This document shows positions 61,525 through 64,000 of a stretch of 64,000 nt of DNA, in pieces; position 1 is the stretch's first letter; each line of letters begins with the position of its first letter. The notes below the pieces were generated by a model. The model was not told the origin of the DNA, ran no database searches, and saw only the letters and a program-made list of their open reading frames with translations. Source of the DNA: an uncultured Candidatus Rokubacteria bacterium (GTDB lineage Bacteria; Methylomirabilota; Methylomirabilia; Rokubacteriales; CSP1-6); the NCBI GenBank assembly GCA_963758635.1, contig CAVWWD010000008.1, positions 160,001 to 224,000 of the forward strand, written 5' to 3'. The position numbers and the translations under genes are program-made.

Positions 61525-62658
61525 ATGGACTACCGGATCATCTCCGCCGACGATCACATCGACATGGCCTGGCTCCCGAAGGACGTATGGACCGCGCGCG
61601 TCCCCGCGGCGTGGCGCGATCGCGCGCCCCGCGTCGTGGACACCGCGGACGGCCCGTACTGGGTCTGCGGCGACGACCGCTGGGACGCGTGGGGCGGCCG
61701 CAAGGGCGTGGCCGGCGCGCTGGGCGGCCGGCGCTCCGCGCTCGACCGGGGCGGCGTGCTCGAGCCCGGCGTGCTGCGGCCGACCACGACCGCGCTCCGG
61801 CTGACCGACATGGATCGCGACGGCATCGACGCCACCGTGATGTACGGCCCGATCGTGCCGCTCCTCGTGAAGGACCCGGAACTCCGCCGCGTGTGCTACC
61901 GCGGCTACAACGACTGGCTCGCCGAGTTCTGCGCCACCGCGCCGGCGCGGCTGGTCGGCGCGGGCCTCGTCCCCATCGACGACGCGAAGACCGCCGCCGA
62001 CGAGGTGCGTCACCTGAAGCAGATCGGCCTTCGCACCGGCATGCTGCTCGCGGCCGCGGTGGAGACGCCGCTCTGGGACGCGGACTGGGAGCCGCTGTGG
62101 CAGGCCGCCGAGGAGACGGGACTGCCCCTCGGCTTCCACCTGGGCGGCGGCCTCCGCACCGTGGTGCCGCGCGGCCCCAAGCTCAACGAGCCCGGCAACA
62201 TGGGCGTGCGCGTGTCGTGCGCGACCCTCCAGATGGACGAGGCGCTGGCCGGCGTGATCTTCTCGGGCGCGCTGGAGCGCCATCCCGGGCTCAAGATCGT
62301 GCTCGCCGAGACGGGCATCGGCTGGCTGCCGTACATGCTCGAGCGCATGGACGACACGTACCGGAAGTTCCTCGACGCCGGCGAGTTCTGGCGCGCGCAG
62401 GGCGGGCTGCCGCTGACGATGCCGCCCAGCGCCTACTGGAAGCGCCAGGTATGGGCCACGTTCCAGACCGACTTCGCCGGCCTCCGCCTGGTGGACACGC
62501 TGGGCGACGACCGCGTGATGTGGGCGTCCGACTATCCGCACCCCGACAGCACGTGGCCGGACTCGCAGAAGGCCATCGAGGAGAACTTCGCGGGCGTGGC
62601 CGCGGCGACGCGCCGACGGGTCCTCTGCGACAACGCCCGCGCCCTCTACGGGCTCTGA
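61525..62658 (+). CDS. amidohydrolase family protein (Amidohydro_2)
   Basis: ISADDH, DMDRDGID, YNDWLAE, WASDYPHPDSTWP, NARALY. Confidence 0.92.
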   Translation: MDYRIISADDHIDMAWLPKDVWTARVPAAWRDRAPRVVDTADGPYWVCGDDRWDAWGGRKGVAGALGGRRSALDRGGVLEPGVLRPTTTALRLTDMDRDGIDATVMYGPIVPLLVKDPELRRVCYRGYNDWLAEFCATAPARLVGAGLVPIDDAKTAADEVRHLKQIGLRTGMLLAAAVETPLWDADWEPLWQAAEETGLPLGFHLGGGLRTVVPRGPKLNEPGNMGVRVSCATLQMDEALAGVIFSGALERHPGLKIVLAETGIGWLPYMLERMDDTYRKFLDAGEFWRAQGGLPLTMPPSAYWKRQVWATFQTDFAGLRLVDTLGDDRVMWASDYPHPDSTWPDSQKAIEENFAGVAAATRRRVLCDNARALYGL

Positions 62659-62674
62659 GCGGCGCGGCGGCGGG

Positions 62675-62850
62675 TCAGGAGGCACCGGAAGCACTCCCGA
62701 AGCTGCGCCGAGGCCACCGGAGCTGCTTCGAGTTCGTCCAGCGGCACCCAGCGCGCCTCGTCGTGCTCCGCTGAGAGCGTGACGGGGCCGGCCGCGGGCC
62801 TGGCAGTGGAACGCGATGGCGATGGGCCTCGACGCGGCGCGGTCGATAAG
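62675..62850 (-). pseudogene. C-terminal remnant of a NUDIX hydrolase
   Basis: IAIAFHC...GPVTLSAEHDEARWVPLDEL with no N-terminal Nudix box. Confidence 0.55.
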
Positions 62851-62864
62851 GTGCACCGCTCGGC

Positions 62865-63827
62865 TCAGTAGCCCTTGCGCTTGTCGATCAGGGCCAGCAG
62901 CGGGCGGCCGTCGCGGCGGCGCTTGAGGTTCTCGATGAAGGTCTCGATCACTCGCCCGGCGCGGCGGGGCGAGCCGCCTGCGGTGTGCGGGGTGACGATC
63001 ACGCGCGGGTGCGTCCAGAGCTTGTGATCGAGCGGCAGCGGCTCCGGGTCCGTCACGTCGAGCCCCGCGCCCCAGATCATCCCCTCGTCGATGGCCTTCA
63101 CGAGGTCCTCCCCGAACACGATGGCGCCGCGGGTCACGTTGATCAGGATGGCCGTCTTCTGCATCTGCCGGAACAGGTCGCGCGAGAACATGTGGTGCGT
63201 GGCCTTCGTCAGCGGCAGGCAGATGACCACCGCGTCGGAGGAGCCGAGCAGGTCGCCGAGCCGGTCCGGCTTCCACACCGCCTCGACGCCCGGCAGCGAC
63301 GGCACGTCCTCGATGTCCACCGCGATCACCCGCATGCCGAAGCCCAGCGCGCGCCGGGCGACCTCGCGCCCGGTGCCGCCGAAGCCGACGATGCCCATCG
63401 TGAGCTGGTAGAGCTCGCGCTGCTCCTTCCGGATGGGCTCGCGCAAGGTGTAGTCGGGCTTGCGCACCGCCGTATGGATGCCCCGCGTGAGGCCCAGGAG
63501 CAGCGCGAACGCGTGCTCGGCCAGGTGGATGCCGACATCGCCCTTCTCGCTCGCGAGCACCACGTCGCTCTCGACCAGCTCCTGGTTGAGGATCGCGTCG
63601 ACGCCGGCGCCGATCGAGTGGTAGTAGACGACGCGCTTGGCGAGCGTGAACACGTCGGGAGGCACGCGGCCGAAGATCACGTCGGTGTCGGCGATCTCCG
63701 CGCGCTGCTTCGCCGCGTCCTTGGCCTCGACGAACGTGGTGCCCGGGCCCGCCGCGTCGAGGATGCGGGCGCGGTCGCCGTCGCCGACGGCGGGACAGAT
63801 GAGGTTCGGCGTGTAGAGGATCTTCAT
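62865..63827 (-). CDS. D-2-hydroxyacid dehydrogenase
   Basis: GIVGFGGTG, LPLTKAT, INVTRG, LDVTDPEPL, TPHTAG. Confidence 0.92.
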   Translation of the reverse strand: MKILYTPNLICPAVGDGDRARILDAAGPGTTFVEAKDAAKQRAEIADTDVIFGRVPPDVFTLAKRVVYYHSIGAGVDAILNQELVESDVVLASEKGDVGIHLAEHAFALLLGLTRGIHTAVRKPDYTLREPIRKEQRELYQLTMGIVGFGGTGREVARRALGFGMRVIAVDIEDVPSLPGVEAVWKPDRLGDLLGSSDAVVICLPLTKATHHMFSRDLFRQMQKTAILINVTRGAIVFGEDLVKAIDEGMIWGAGLDVTDPEPLPLDHKLWTHPRVIVTPHTAGGSPRRAGRVIETFIENLKRRRDGRPLLALIDKRKGY

Positions 63828-63854
63828 CGCGGTCTCCTCGCGGTTGGTGGAGTT

Positions 63855-64000
63855 CTAGCCGCCCGCGAGCTTAACGGTGTAGCCGAGGTCGCGCAACCGG
63901 GCGGCGATGCGCTCGCGGTGGTCGCCCTGCACCTCGACGGCGCCGTCCTTCACCGCGCCGCCCGCGCCGCACAGGCGCTTGAGCTCGGCGGCGCGCGCGT
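63855..64000 (-). CDS. yciH: SUI1/YciH translation initiation factor family, C-terminal part
   Basis: [47 protein letters not shown]. Confidence 0.85.
   Translation of the reverse strand, partial: ARAAELKRLCGAGGAVKDGAVEVQGDHRERIAARLRDLGYTVKLAGG

Noticed and set aside
1..64000. tRNA (including selC) or rRNA genes
   Set aside because: None recognised by eye; tRNAscan-SE or Aragorn would be needed to exclude them

Overview
A very GC-rich bacterial window. Its gene content (many orphan ABC substrate-binding proteins, LLM oxidoreductases, CoA-transferases, Uma2, FxLYD-like protein) resembles Candidatus Rokubacteria/Methylomirabilota, which is an inference only. More than 20 genes are split by 1-nt indels, most likely uncorrected long-read errors. 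Main content: (1) a decayed integron at 1-1935, with a truncated intI followed in the same orientation by attC-bounded cassettes carrying ABC substrate-binding protein genes; (2) a selenoprotein glycine/betaine-reductase-type cluster (grdB with in-frame UGA and SECIS-like hairpin, component-B proprotein, grdC, grdA with in-frame UGA and hairpin), interrupted by an integrase-less attC array (another SBP plus toxin-antitoxin cassettes) and a Uma2 gene; (3) an sxtJ/sxtK/sxtI-like carbamoyltransferase module with a divergent SGNH hydrolase; (4) a ~17.7 kb four-gene NRPS cluster plus an Sfp-type PPTase. The NRPS cluster is the most unusual system: two terminal modules with Cys-type (GxCxG) thioesterases lacking the usual C-terminal His, a Thr-type and a Lys2/aminoadipate-type A domain, an oxalate-CoA-ligase-like loading domain, and an 85-bp direct repeat with terminal inverted repeats bracketing the loading gene. 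The rest is mostly amine and redox metabolism, with several structured intergenic repeats and many probable leaderless promoters.
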